64,000 nucleotides of DNA from Azolla caroliniana (GCA_043228905.1 JBHGNT010000001.1:15562001-15626000), one strand, 5' to 3'. Shown: positions 48,427 through 62,196, counted from the first letter of the stretch. Translations and numbers: made by a program. The notes: a model not told the origin generated them from the sequence alone.

Positions 48427-51400
48427 TGTTGTCCGCCGGAATAGTAACCGACGGACAAGAGCGCAATAATATAGAATAAAGTAATTTTGTAACGCATGTA
48501 AACGATTCATGCGGGAAGCGTGAACGGCTAAAAGACCCTGCGTATATAAAGGGCAGTAAAACTTTGATAGAGGTAGCGTGTAAATTTGAATGTAAAAGGC
48601 GTATTGTAATAGAGTTCTATCTTCTTTGATTCCTGTGTGTATCTGTGGTTGATCTACTGTGTGTTTGTGATTCTTGAGTGGCGTAGCGCAATTCTAAGAG
48701 TGCAGGCATGAGTAACAGTGTGGTTGCTAGTGCACTGTCTAAGGAGTTTGGTTGTAGCCGTCTACCTTATACACTACTAGGATACGGGAGGTATACCACT
48801 AAGTATTACACTACGACGATACCATTTGTTGCAACATAGTCACTTTGAGGTCTATGCCAAAGGACTGACCATAGACCGTGTTCCTAATTGGTAACACTTT
48901 TGGCAGGCTTGGTGATCTGTGTCTTCTCACAGACGAACAACGACGAATGGATGTTTACCCGCAGAACGCCCTAGAGAACCAACACGACAAGAATGACCAA
49001 TCACAAGGTCCATTACATGCCAAACAGAGGAAGGCGCATGGCAAAAGCCTCGCCTCAGTGACCTCAGTGATACCTGTCGGGACCACAAAGAAGATTTCTC
49101 GCTACCCAAATACCTCGACGATACGCAGGAAGCGCGCTCACCACAAAAGCACTGTGGTCTTTCCCTATCCGCCGCAACATCCAGCATGGCCTTTGCTTAT
49201 CCCCGCTTCAACGCCGAAACCGACGCCGCAACCCACATCCGATTGTTCCTCAATGTCTGGAATGCAAACCACATGGCGTAGAACCTTTCCGAAGCAGTCA
49301 CGCACTAGTCCAAAATGACAGAGTTCGGATTAACCTTGGATGGGAGAGCAGTGTTTTGGCATTCGCAAATGGATCTGCCAGCAATCAAGACCTTCGAACA
49401 ACTGCAATCAACCTTTCTACGGTTTTTTCATCGGAGGGTGCCGCAACGCGAAATCCTCGGGCAGTTTTACACAATTAAACAGTTACCGCCCGAGACGGTA
49501 GAGGATTTTAGTTTACGCTTCCAAAATCTAAGGCGGAAATCTAGAGGACGAGGCTAGGGAGACATTTCGAACAGCATTACGATGACCCATACGGACAACG
49601 CTCAACAACAATAGCGTGAAAGGGGAAACGACCGATATGGTCATAGAAAGAGCGCTACAGCTCAAGTTGGACGAAGAAGAGGAAAGGTATTCCATGTCCT
49701 CATTATGACAAGCGTTACCTCAGGACAAAGAATGACATTTTCGCCAAGCGATCCAGTGCACGATTTTCTTTAATTCGAGGCATTCCGCAGTTGAATTCAA
49801 CATGCGAATCCACTGTCCAATCTGTCACTCGAAAGCTCACACAGTTGAGCAGTGCGACTACAATATGTTGAACCGATCCACGCCCATAGTACGCAGCGTG
49901 GAAACACAGCGTCCCTCACACCGTAATGAACAAAGGTGGCAAGAAGAATGACCACGGTATATGGATCGGAACCCACGCGACGACCGGCACTACCGGAATC
50001 GCCGGAATCACAACGATTCCGAGGAAGACGACCCGGAGGATGAAGACTACCGTGGCAACCCCAGACATAGTAAAGGGGGTTGACGCTATGAGAATTACCG
50101 TCCGAAGAACAATCGTGGCGGCTTCAATGCGCCTCGCGGAAAGCATCGTCAATATCAGAACCAACGACGGTACGAGGAAAGTTCGGACGATGACCGGCAC
50201 CAGGAACCGCGTTGGGATCAACACCAACCACCGCGTACGCTCTGACGAATGAATTAGGACCAGGAGGAGCAAGTCACACCTGAGGATCGATACACACCAC
50301 CAGGGGCCGAGAAGGGCGAATCTGGCATCCATTGCTTTGTTTGTCAACAGCCCGGACATTATGCCACACAATGCCCAATACGCAAGGGCAAGGGGCCCAC
50401 CACACCGTCAATACGATTACGGCGGAAGTATAGCAAGTCACGACACGTCAACAAACAAAAAATGTTGATTGGGCCACGCAAGATGAGATACGGCAGACAA
50501 CCCAAGCATGGGTTGAAAAAGCCAACGCTGCAAATACAGAACGCATGCGGAAGGAGTCCGCAAACACGGTGGAACTATTGGAGGAAGAGGGACCATTTCC
50601 GGATCCCATATGGCAAGCACTGACAGGCTGCGAGATAATGTTAACCATGGAGAAGCTACGGCAACTAGTCCCACAATTCCGCCAGGCCGTGGAAGAGCGG
50701 ATGATGGGCAGACCTGGGGTAAGCGTCGCCGCAAATTTTACAAACATTAGCGCCGGACCAATAGTGGTGGATCACCACAATCCGGCTATTAAATTGATAC
50801 TACACAGGCAGGAAATCCCAGGATGCGTAATCGATGGCGGCTCGGGCGTTAATGTAATTAGTGCAAAGACATGCGAACAATTGGGAATTTCAGAATGGGA
50901 AGCTTGCCCGTTTTGGCTTTGCATGGCGGATACCCGTTCAGTACGACCATTGGGTTTGATATGCAAGCTCGACATTATCATGGGAGGACATTGCTTCGAC
51001 ATCTCGGCGGTAGTCCTCGCCCTTGACGCCCCAGGAGCATATCCTATGCTACTGGGCAGACCGTGGCTTCGTTCAGCGAATATCAAGCAAAGTTGGAAAC
51101 ACAAGTGTATCAGCTTTCGACGCGGACGCACCAAGGTCCACGTACCAACAGAGGAAATGGCGACACAACCCAAGGGCATAACACCATTGTACGCGGAGGA
51201 TATAAATATGCTGGCTGGGGTGGATGATACAGAATTAGAGGTATACCTAGACGAGCATCCTCGGATTATTCCGCTATTCGAAATCGACGTCATCGAAACC
51301 ACGATAGAATATGCTACACTCCACGACAAGGCTTATGAACCAAACCCGGAGTCAATATTAGAGCTAAGCAAAGCACGGGCAATGTTCGAGAGGGAAATGG

Positions 51401-52040
51401 AAATTTCACGATGAGTCACCGCCTCAGCCCTGTAAGAAGTAAACGTGGGCACGGTGTCAGAACCTCGATTCCTCTCCATCGCAAAAGATTTACTGCCGGA
51501 TCAGAGAGACGTGATGATAGCACTACTCAGGAAGTATAAAGATGTGTTCGCCTGGGCCCACGAGGACATGAAGGGGTTAGATCCGAAGTTCTATCAACAT
51601 AAGATCAATTTAGCAACCGACGAGAGGCCGGTCTAGCAACGTCGATACCGTATGAACCCAAATTATGCGGCCCGCGTAAAAGAAGAAATTGACAAACTCC
51701 TCAAGGCTGGATTCATATGACCAGTTAAGCAAGCTACATGGTTAAGCCCGATTGTAGTCGTACCAAAGAAAAATGGCAAGATATGAGTATGCGTGGACTA
51801 CCGGAAATTTATTGCCGTAACCATTACAGACGAATTCCCTTTACCGTTCACCGATAGCGTATTGGACGCCGTCGCGGGCCATGACATGTACAACTTTTTA
51901 GATGGCTTCAGTGGGTACAACCAAGTACGCATGCACCTCGACGACCAAGAGAAGACAACGTTTGTCATGGACTGGGGAGTCTATGTCGCAGTCGTCATGA
52001 TGTTCGGGCTAAAGACGGCGCTGGCGACATTTCAACGGAC

Positions 52041-55000
52041 TATTGAGAGACAAGCTCAACATCGGCCGGATTGGCTGAAGAAGCCGAGGACCGGATCGGC
52101 TGGGACTGATCGGTTAGGCCGTTAGGAAAGATATTCCGTGAGGAATATATTTGGGAGTTAGTGTAGGAGGTCTTAATGAGCATCATAGTACTGTCAGTAC
52201 TCCAGTACTCCAGTCAGTCCTTCTAGGGCTTGTACAAAGTGTTCATTGAACACATATATGTATTATATTTTGTCTTTGATAATATACTCTCCTTTTGGTG
52301 TCTTCTCTCGATCTCTCTCGATCTCTCCCGCGTATACTGTGTAAGCTCAAGCTCTCCATTAAACTTGAGTGTTCTCCCTTCTGTTCTGTCGAAGACTTGC
52401 TTCCACACGCTACTTTTTACATGGTATCAGAGCGCGAGGGTTGAGAACCTCTCTGCAGCCGACACAGCTTGACGAAAAAGAACAAGAAGAATGATGGATA
52501 GATGCATGGCGAGCTCGCTTCCAACAAAGAAGCTCGACAGAACCAACTACGCATCTTGGTCCTACAAGATGCACCAGTACCTACTCAAGCACGACTACTG
52601 GAGTTATGTCAAAGGAGCTAATGATGTGGCACCTAAATCAACACACAGAGACTTTCCGTCGTGGGAGCAATCGGCGAGCAAGGTATTATACTGCTTCGCG
52701 TCGTGTGTGGGCGAACAACTATTGAGCTATGTTCGGGATGCAAAGACGCCGAAGGGTGCGTGGGAAAATCTGAAGAAGATTTTCACCGCGAGCACCACAG
52801 CCAGGAAGCTTCAGCTCCGACAGGAGTTAAGCAACCTACGACAACGCGACTTGTCGGTGGCGGACTATACCTCAAAGATCAAGGATATCTACGACTCCCT
52901 CGCCTCCATAGAGGTGAACATCGAGGAGAGCGAGATGGTCCAGATTTGTCTCGGAGGTTTGGTGTCGAAGTTCGGAGCGTTCCGAACGGCTATGTGTACC
53001 CGGGAGAATACGCCGTCCTTTTTCGACTTACAATCGATGCTCCTGGTAGAGGAGAACCACGCGGGTGCGTCGATGAGCCCGCACACCGACAACAAGATGT
53101 TGTACATGGAGGGAGAAAGGCCCCGTGGTCGTGGCGGACAAGGCGAGTCGATACACAATGGAAGCGGTCGACGAGATCAAGGAAGAAGACACCGAAGTGA
53201 TGCCAACAGGAACTCCGGACCCTTCGGAAACAGGGGGAGTCAAAGCGATGAGAACCGGCAAGGGAAGGCCATCGCGGAGTGCTGGTACTGTGGCAAGAAA
53301 GGCCACAAGGAAAGTGAGTGCTGGAAGAAGCGCGCCGATTCGGAGAGAACCGGTTCCGGAAACGGCTCCAGACATACCGACAAGGGAAATCGGCAGCAAT
53401 CGCACTACGCCGAAGACTCTGGGAGAGCCGGAGAAGGGTCTGCCTTCGTGTCGAGACACGAAGCAAACTCAATGAAATAGAGCACCCTGAGATCGGACGA
53501 GGTGTGGTACGTAGACTCCGGCGCGTCAAACCACATGACGAGCCATAAGGAGTGGTTCTCGTACCTTGAAAAACCGATACAACCTGGAGTAGTCGCAACA
53601 GGAGACGACACTCCGCATCCGATCGCGAATGTCGGAGAAGTTCCCCTTAGCCATGTCGGGCAGAAAGGGAAACTCATGAACGTGTTGCACGTTCCAACAA
53701 TCACGAAAAACTTGGTCTCGGTCGGACAGATCGTCGACCAAGGGATGGAGGTTCGGTTTACACACCTCGGGTGCTTCATTGAGGAAGAAGGCCGTGTGAT
53801 TGCGCAAGGGCGCAGAGATGGGAGGATGTTCATCCTCGACTCCACTGACGGCGGCACCGCAATGTTCGCGAAGGGACAAAAATCCGAGTCGGACATCGAC
53901 TTGTGGCACAAGCGGATAGGCCATGTCAACCACCAACGGCTTCAAGATCTGCAATCGAAACAGGTAGTGTTTGGATTCCCAAATTTAGTGGTCGAAAGGC
54001 ACAAATTTGTGAAGCCTGCCAGCTTGGGAAGCAACACCGACTTCCCTTCCCCAACGAGTGAAACCGGAGCCGGAACAAGCTCGACCTTATACACTCCGAT
54101 GTATGGGGGCCGGCACAAAATGTTACTCTTGGCAGGAGCCGATATTTCGTCTCCTTCATCGACGACCACATGCGGAACACGTGGACCTACCTCATTGAGA
54201 GGAAGAGCGAAGTCTTCGACTGCTTTCGGGACCTCAAAGGGTTTGTGGAAACGGAAACAGGACGAAAGATCAAGTGCCTGCGGTCGGATGGCGGGAAAGA
54301 GTACTTCTCCGGTCAATTCAACGGTTATCTACAACAAATGGGAATTCGGCGCGAATTCAGTTGCAGATACACGCCGGAGCAGAACAGCGTGGCTGAGAGG
54401 AAGAATCGGTTAGTTGTGGAAGCGGCACAGGCAATGCTGGAGGAGAAGAGCCTGCCCAAGTTCTATTGGGCCGAGGCGGTATGGACCGCGGTATACATCC
54501 AGAACCGGATCGGAGACAAAGTGTTGGCGCACGAGCTATATTTCGGAACGAAGCCGAACTTGCGACACTTGAGGGTGTTTGGTAGCATTGCGTATGTGCA
54601 TATACCGAAGGAGAAAAGGAGGAAGCTGGACGCAAAGGCCGAGAAATGCATCTTGGTCGGTTACTCGGACGAGCAGAAGGGTTATAAGTGCTATAACCCT
54701 CGCACCAAACAAGCGCGTGTTAGCCGCGACATTGTGTTTGACGAGTCCGCGTCCTGGTACCTGCCCCCGACTACGAACCTCGACTCCAATCCGAGCTCTG
54801 ATGATGAGGTCAGCGAGGCCGAGATGCCTCCGGATGAGCCCGAAATCGAGACCCGCGAAGAGAGTCCAATATCACTCCGGTTAAGTGGACTGATTGGACG
54901 ACTGAGTCGGTACGACCAGTCCGATGAAGAGCCGGCGAGTAGTGGAGACTCGGCCGTGCATTCCCCGCGCAGGAAGCCGAGGAGACGGCTTACGCGCAAA

Positions 55001-57571
55001 GAGAAAGGGAAGAAGAAGGTGTCGGATTCCGGCACGGAAAGGAACGAGTCAGACCGACGCGAGTCCGACTCCGAGGGAACCGGTCACGGGTCTTTAAAGA
55101 TGAAGACCGCGTCGACCGAGAAGGCCTCGACATCGAGTACATGGCGCATCATTATGCGTACATGACCCGTATAGCGGAAGTGTGTGAGCCGGAGAGCTAC
55201 GCAGAAGCAACTAATGACGCGAATTGGCGTGCCGCGATGGTGGAAGAGATGCATGCATTGGCGGAGAACGAGACCTGGGACTTGGTTGAACCGATCGAGT
55301 GCAGATGGCTCGGTCAACCGGTACGCGCAGAAACACGACATCGACTACGATGAGACATTTGCGCCGATCGCGAAAATGACGAATGTCCGTGTTTTGCTTG
55401 CAGTACCCTCGGCCAAGGGGTGGCACCTACATCAAATGGATGTAAAGAATGCGTTCCTGCAATGTGAACTTGAGGAACAAGTGTACATGGTACAGCTCCC
55501 CGGATTTCAATCCGGACCGAACTCCTCGGCAGTATGCCGACTGAAGAAGTCCCTTTACGGACTGAAGCAAGCGCCGCGTGCCTGGAACGCGAAGATCACA
55601 CAACAACTGCGTCGGATGGGCTTCGTCACGTCAAAATCAAACTCTTCCCTGTTCATCAAGAAAGGTCGACTCGGACCGGTTAGTATTCTACTATATGTCG
55701 ATGACTTGGTCATCACCGGCACCGACCTAGGTGAAATCGACCGCGTGAAGCTCCAGCTTGTGGCATCGTTCGACATGAAGGATCTGGGGGACCTTCATTA
55801 CTTCCTCGGGATCGAAGTGATCCGTACCCCCGAAGGCATATTGATCAGCCAACGTCATTACGTGCTGAGTATGCTCTTCAAATTTGGATGGCCGACTGTA
55901 AGTCTGTCTCGACTCCTCTAGATAGAACCGTCAAGCTTCGTCCCGATACGGGAAAGGTATGCGATCCGACGAGGTTCCGACAAATTGTCGGAAGCCTCAT
56001 ATATTTGACCATCACCCAACCCGACCTCAGTTATCCGGTCGGAGTGATCAGTCAGTTCATGGCGCGACCTACCGAGGAGCACCTTCAGTGTGCGCAACGC
56101 GTACTGCGGTACATAAGTGGCACTAAGGGCCGCAGACTGCTATATCGGACCGGTGCAGCCGCGCAGTTAGTCGGCTACACCGATGCTGATTGGGCTGGCC
56201 ACGCCGCCGATCGCCGATCCACATCCGGATACGCGTTCTCCCTCGGGAGTGCCGCGATCGCGTGGAGCAGTAAGAAGCAGCCGACAGTTGCACTATCGAG
56301 CACCGAAGCTGAGTACCGAGGAGCGGCTGTCACGACATGCGAAGCCATATGGTTGAAGCGGCTACTTAAGGACCTGCAGGTGGAGGTGTCAGATCCGAGG
56401 ACGATCTACTGCGACAACCTCAGTAGCATCCAGCTCATGAAGAAACCCATTTTCCACACACGGACCAAGCACATTGAGGTGCACTACCATTTTGTCCGTG
56501 AGCGTGTCCTTTCCGGTGAAGTCGAACTTCAGTACGTGCCGACATCTTCACAAAGCCTCTTGGTCTGGACAAGTCGCGGCAATTCTCAGGTGCGCTCGGG
56601 TTGCATCACCTCGATGTGCCAAACTTGAGGGGGAGAACAATCCCGAACAACCAAGCAAGACAACAGGAAAGGAGTGGAGACCGTGACACCGAGTCTGAGT
56701 CGGTTGACTCGGTTGTCGAGTTTGATTTCGGATCGGTTGAAGAAGCCAAGGGTGGACCCACGAAAAAGTCCGAAAGCGGACAGAAGGGGAGCAGCCGAAG
56801 GAGAGAGCCGAAGCCAACCACGCATGGGGGAGATGACGCAATCGAGGGCGAGAAGACCGAAGACGAGTTGGAGACAGCCAACTCGGATGAGAGCGAAAAC
56901 CGATCGGAAGTAGCCGAGTCGGTTCCGATGTTTGATTCAGACACGTTGAATCAACCGAGGCCCAAGCGGAAGAAAAGGTAGCAGAAGAAGTGTCGACACC
57001 GCAACAACAGAAGAGCTGATAAGGGTCACATGAGCAGACAAGCCGACCGCAAGGGTTGAAGCGCGTAGAGTTGAACAGGTCGAGGAGCGCGAGCGAGGCG
57101 TGAAGCCAGGAGGAACCGGAGCTGTGAAGATCCTGAAGAGCCTCAAGTTGAGCTTGAGGGGGAGTGTTGAGAGACAAGCTCAACATCGGCCGGATCGGCT
57201 GAAGAAGCCGAGGACCGGATCGGCTGAAGAAGCCGAGGACCGGATCGGCTGGGACCGATCGGTTAGGCCGTTAGGAAAGATATTCCGTGAGGAATATATT
57301 TGGGAGTTAGTGTAGGAGCTCTTAATGAGCATTGAAGTACTGTCAGTACTCCATTACTCTAGTCAGTCCTTCTAGGGCTTGTACAAAGTGTTCATTGAAC
57401 ACATATATGTATTATATTTTGTCTTTGATAATATACTCTCCTTTTGGTGTCTTCTCTCGATCTCTCTCAGGTTCTCCCACGTATACTGTGTAAGCTCAAG
57501 CTCTCCATTAAACCTGAGTGTTCTCCCTTCTGTTCTGTCGATATACTTGCTTCCGCACGCTACTTTTTACA
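52041..57571 (+). mobile_element. Near full-length Ty1/Copia element nested in the Athila-like RT
   Basis: Perfect TSD CGGAC; LTRs 52041-52421 and 57165-57571; PBS TGGTATCAGAGC at 52422; PPT TTGAGGGGGAG; host reads FQRT|ITKIF. Confidence 0.96.
52491..56628 (+). pseudogene. Copia gag-pol, disrupted
   Basis: [58 protein letters not shown]; small deletions in RT and RH. Confidence 0.95.
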
Positions 57572-59214
57572 CGGACAATCACGAAGATTTTTGGGGAATA
57601 TATTCCGGCCTTCATGCAAGTCTTTTTAGACGATTTTGTGGTATATGGGACAACAACTAACCATTTTACGCATCTGCAACTTTGCCTAGAGCGTTGCCAA
57701 ACCGCACGCTTAAGCTTGAATCCCGCCAAATGCGCCTTCGACGTTACCAACGGGGCTCTCCTCGGCCATATAGTCAACAAGGAAGGAATAGCGGTCGATC
57801 CGAATAAAATCTCCGCGATCACTCATGTGAAAACGCCGACAAACGCGAAATCACTTAGCCGGTTTTTAGGGCAGATACGATGACACAATCGGATGATACG
57901 CTATTTAGCAGACTTCACCACGCCGTCACATGCCGCCGTTCATCGGACTCCCTTCCAATGGACAACTACGGAAGAGAAGGCATATGATGTGCTAAAGATA
58001 ATGCTAACACAGGCACTGGTCGTACAGTCACCAATTTGGGCGAAGCCATCCCACGTGTTCGTAGATGCCTCAGACATAGCAATAGGTATTGCGCTAATGC
58101 AGCTCACGGAGCCGAATTGGTACTGGCCGGTGTACTACGCTAGTCGGAAATTATCAACGGCTGAGCGTAACTATTCCACAACGGAACGTGAGGCGTTGGG
58201 TATGATCTACAACATCAATAAGTTCCGGCATTATCTGCTAGGGTGGAAATTCATGTTTCACGTGGATCATTCAGCACTACTATATTTGGTAGGGAAACAA
58301 GCGCTGATGGGGAAATTGGCGAGATGGATGTTGCTGCTTCAAGAATTCGACTTTGTAATTCAGCACCGCCCGGGTATGCAACACGTAGTGGCAGATTTTT
58401 TGAGCAGACTCGATAATGGAGAAACGGCGTAGAAGGATGACAACGACTTTCCGGATGCAGACATTCTGCGGGTAGCAACGCTAGTAGAACGAACAGAAAA
58501 GGCTTTCTCGGATCGGTGCTCATGGAAATGACCTACTTCCTAACCACGGGGTTACCACCACCCCAATTACGGACGGAAGAGAAGAAACGGTTGGCCGTGC
58601 GAAGTCGAAATTTCTGTTTAGTAGAAGACATACTATACCACAAGGGCAGTGAAGACATCTGGGTAAAAGCATGCGAGTGGAAACACTATTATAGCTAATT
58701 AGCTACTAAAATGGCCATAGCTAATTAGCTATTTGTTTAGCTAGTCTTTTTTGTGGGAAAATCAAATATTTGAAAAACTAATTTATGAAAAAACTCAAAT
58801 ATTTGAACTTCTGTTTCAAACGTAGTGGAACTTGGGGAATAGCACCATCATCTAAGGTCGACTTCAATGTCATCAATTTCCTGTTTAGCCTAAGTCAGAT
58901 TTTGAACGCAGATGGAGTACTCAGAGCACGAACGCAGACGTAGCTCCCGCAACAGCAGAAAATCGACATTGCAGATTGAGAGTTACAACACAGAACCCGC
59001 TCGATCATCGTCCAGGTATGTTTCAGTTACAGAAACCCCAAACATTTGTTTTTTCTTTTTGACTACTGTCTGAACTTTGGTGCAGATTCATATTTCCCCA
59101 AAATCGAATAGGGCGAAGTCCTTGGAGTCCCATACAAGGATTTCTCGCAAATCGGGGGGTAGCAACAGGTGTGTTTATATTACTTTTTTTGTGTTTAATC
59201 CTGTCTTTAGTGAT

Positions 59215-61435
59215 GATTGGGGTTTCTGATTGAAATTTCTGATTAGGGTTTGTAATTGAAATTTCTGATTAGGGTTTCTGATTGAAATTTTTTCTTAGGG
59301 TTTTTGATTATAAATTTCTGATTAGAATTTCTGAATAGGGTTTCTGGTTACAAATTTTGATTACAGATTAGAATTTCTGATTAGAATTTCTGAATAGGGT
59401 TTTTGTTTATAAATTTCTATTTAGGATTTCTGATTAGGGTTTGTGATTAAAATTTCTTATTAGGGTTTATGATTGAAATTTCTGATTAGGGTTTTTTATT
59501 ATAAATTTCTGAATAAGGTTTCTGGTTACAATTTTCTGATTACAGATTTTGATTAGGGATTCTGATTTCAAACTTCTGATTACAGATTTTGATTAGGGTT
59601 TCTTCCAATTTCTGAATACAAATTATGATTAGGGTTTCTGATTTGCTAAGTTAAAGATTTTGCACCATTTTTGTTGGGTTTCTGATTCTCACATATTGTG
59701 ATTTTGCACTATTTCTGATTTCTGAAATGATATTTCAGATGGCTCGTTCCTTCGTATACGAGAGTGCTAAACTTCGCAAAATTTTGCGAGACAAAGGAGG
59801 ACTTCCACAACACCTATGGTCTGTCACTCGAGGGTGTTGACCCTGCTGTCCTAAGTGATAAATTGATCAGTGATGTAGACTGGATGACAGTATATACAGT
59901 GCCTAGAGTCAAAGGCAAGGTCAAGCTGAAGCATGTACGAGCCGACTTGTACGATGACTGCATGAGACTGCACCAGAAAGTTCATCAGGAGATCCCAGTT
60001 AACAATGAGTTGTCAGTTTCATTTGCTAGAGCATTTGCATATGAGTACTGCAAAACAACGAAGGAATCCAGAGACCCTGAAATGTATAGGGTAGCTTGGG
60101 TAGTCTATGGTGAGGCATCGGTAAAAAGATGCTGAAAGATGGGGACCTTGGCACAAAAAATAGACAGATTTTGGAGCATGGCAACTGTTGATGCAATTGC
60201 CAACTCCCAGTAAGACCGAGGGCATACACCACACCGACACCCAAGGAAAGCCAATGTCGATGATACATGTGAGACATTGGTTAGCTATATGCAAAAAAAT
60301 GTCCATGAATCCTGATTAGAATTTCTGATTAGGGTTTTTGTTTATAAATTTCTGATTAGAATTTATGATTAGGGTTTGTGATTGAAATTTCTGATTAGTG
60401 TTTCTGATTGAAATTTCTGATTAGGGTTTTTTATTATAAATTTCTGATTAGAATTTCTGAATAGGGTTTCTGGTTACAAATTTTGATTACAGATTAGAAT
60501 TTCTGAATAGGGTTTTTGTTTATAAATTTCTATTTAGGATTTCTGATTAGGGTTTGTGATTGAAATTTCTGATTAGGGTTTATGATTGAAATTTCTGATT
60601 AGGGTTTTTGATTATAAATTTCTGAATAAGGTTTCTGGTTACAATTTTCTGATTATAGATTTTGATTAGGGTTTTTGATTTCAAACTTCTAATTACAGAT
60701 TTTGATTAGGGTTTCTTCAAATTTCTGAATACAAATTATGATTAGGGTTTCTGATTTGCTAAGTTAAAGATTTTGCACCATTTTTGTTGTTGTTGATTGG
60801 GGTTTCTGATTCTCACATATTCTGATTTTGCACTATTTCTGATTTCTGAAATGATATTTCAGATGGCTCGTTCCTCCGTATACGAGAGTGCTAAACTTCG
60901 CAAAATTTTGCGAGACAAAGGAGGACTTCCACAACATCTATGGTCTGTCACTTGAGGGTGTTGACCCTGCTGTCCTAAGTGATAAATTGATCAGTGATGT
61001 AGACTGGATAACAGTATATACAGTGCCTAGAGTCAAAGGCAAGGTCAAGCTGAAGCATGTACGAGCCAACTTGTACGATGACTACATGAGACTGCACCAG
61101 AAAGTTCATCAGGAGATCCCAGTTAACAATGAGTTGTCAGTTTCATTTGCTAGAGCATTTGCATATGAGTACTGCAAAACAACGAAGGAATCCAGAGACC
61201 CTGAAATGTATAGGGTAGATTGGGCAGTCTATGGTGAGGCATCGGTAAACAGATGCCAAAAGATGGGGACCTTGGCACAAAAAATAGACAGATTTTGGAG
61301 CATGGCAGCTGTTGATGCAACTGCTGACTCCCAGCAAGACCGGGGGCATACACCACACCGACACCCAAGGAAAGCCAATGTCGATGATACAGGTGAGACA
61401 TTGGTTAGCTATATGCTAAAAAATGTCCATGAAGC
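59215..61435 (+). repeat. 1124-bp tandem duplication of an intron plus exon; intron built of GATTAGGGTTTCT-type repeats
   Basis: ORF starts 59764 and 60888 are near-identical; degenerate TTAGGG-containing repeats at 59215-59690 and 60312-60810. Confidence 0.92.
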
Positions 61436-62196
61436 CTGTGAGACATTGGCATTTTTTAAGACTGATTTAGAGAAAGCCACAATGGCTTCTGCAATGGAGA
61501 GCAAAGTTACTTCCGCTGTTACAACAATTAGAAATAAGATTCAGGTAACTATTGTTTTGCCGGTATGTGATTGTGTTATAAATAACGGGTAAAATGTGCT
61601 AATCAAGCGTTATCTGGAATAGGTTGCGCAACAGGAGCTTGAATTAGAGGGGCCACTGGATCCCCAGCGTAAAATAGAACTGCAAATAGAGATCCAGGTT
61701 CTTTCAATGAACCTGGACCTTCTAGGTGTAAATACTGTTGCAGATTACAATTTGGATAAGCTTCAAGTTAACGATTCTTGAGCAAAGTTGGTGTATCTTT
61801 CAACAACAAGAATAATTAATCGGTAAATTTCTCTATTGCGTTGAATGAAGGAACAATACATTCATCAAGAATAGGTAGTTAGCTGCCTTAAGAAGCAGCT
61901 ACATTTTGTGGAGGGAATGGTAAGGACCAGACAAGATTTGGACCTGAACATTCTTGCTCCCTTACCAAATGAAGTAGAACCAGAAAATGATTTATTGACA
62001 GTTCAAGCACGTTACATCGCTTGCGGGTTAGGTGTGGAGGACAAAACTGCGTCTTTGTTGGTTCACCTACAACCATGCAACCACACATACCATCTGCTTT
62101 GTTTTCAACATGCCTGTCGAATTGTTGCATTCTGTTTGGGAGATTGCAGTACATCTCTACCAAATGAGTGGAGAAAACTAACAGGTATACCATACT

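Larger units (their letters stand above)
48427..58659 (+). mobile_element. Second Athila-like Gypsy (5' LTR, gag, PR, RT, RH, start of INT), interrupted
   Basis: LTR 48427-48896 with TATATAAAGG; VIDGGSGVNVI, FLDGFSGYNQV, VFLDDF, ERNYSTTERE; paralogous to element A; 3' end not in window. Confidence 0.9.

Noticed and set aside
53478-53480. Programmed stop read-through between Copia gag and pol
   Set aside because: The sister element has CAG at the same position (~34362), so the TAG is a point mutation
58684-58688. CACTA terminus of an En/Spm element
   Set aside because: Host integrase similarity ends ~24 bp earlier, so the junction is at ~58660; no partner TAGTG end or 3-bp TSD is visible
59215-60810. 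True telomere or chromosome-fusion scar
   Set aside because: Repeats are longer degenerate units between splice sites, not contiguous (T)TTAGGG arrays
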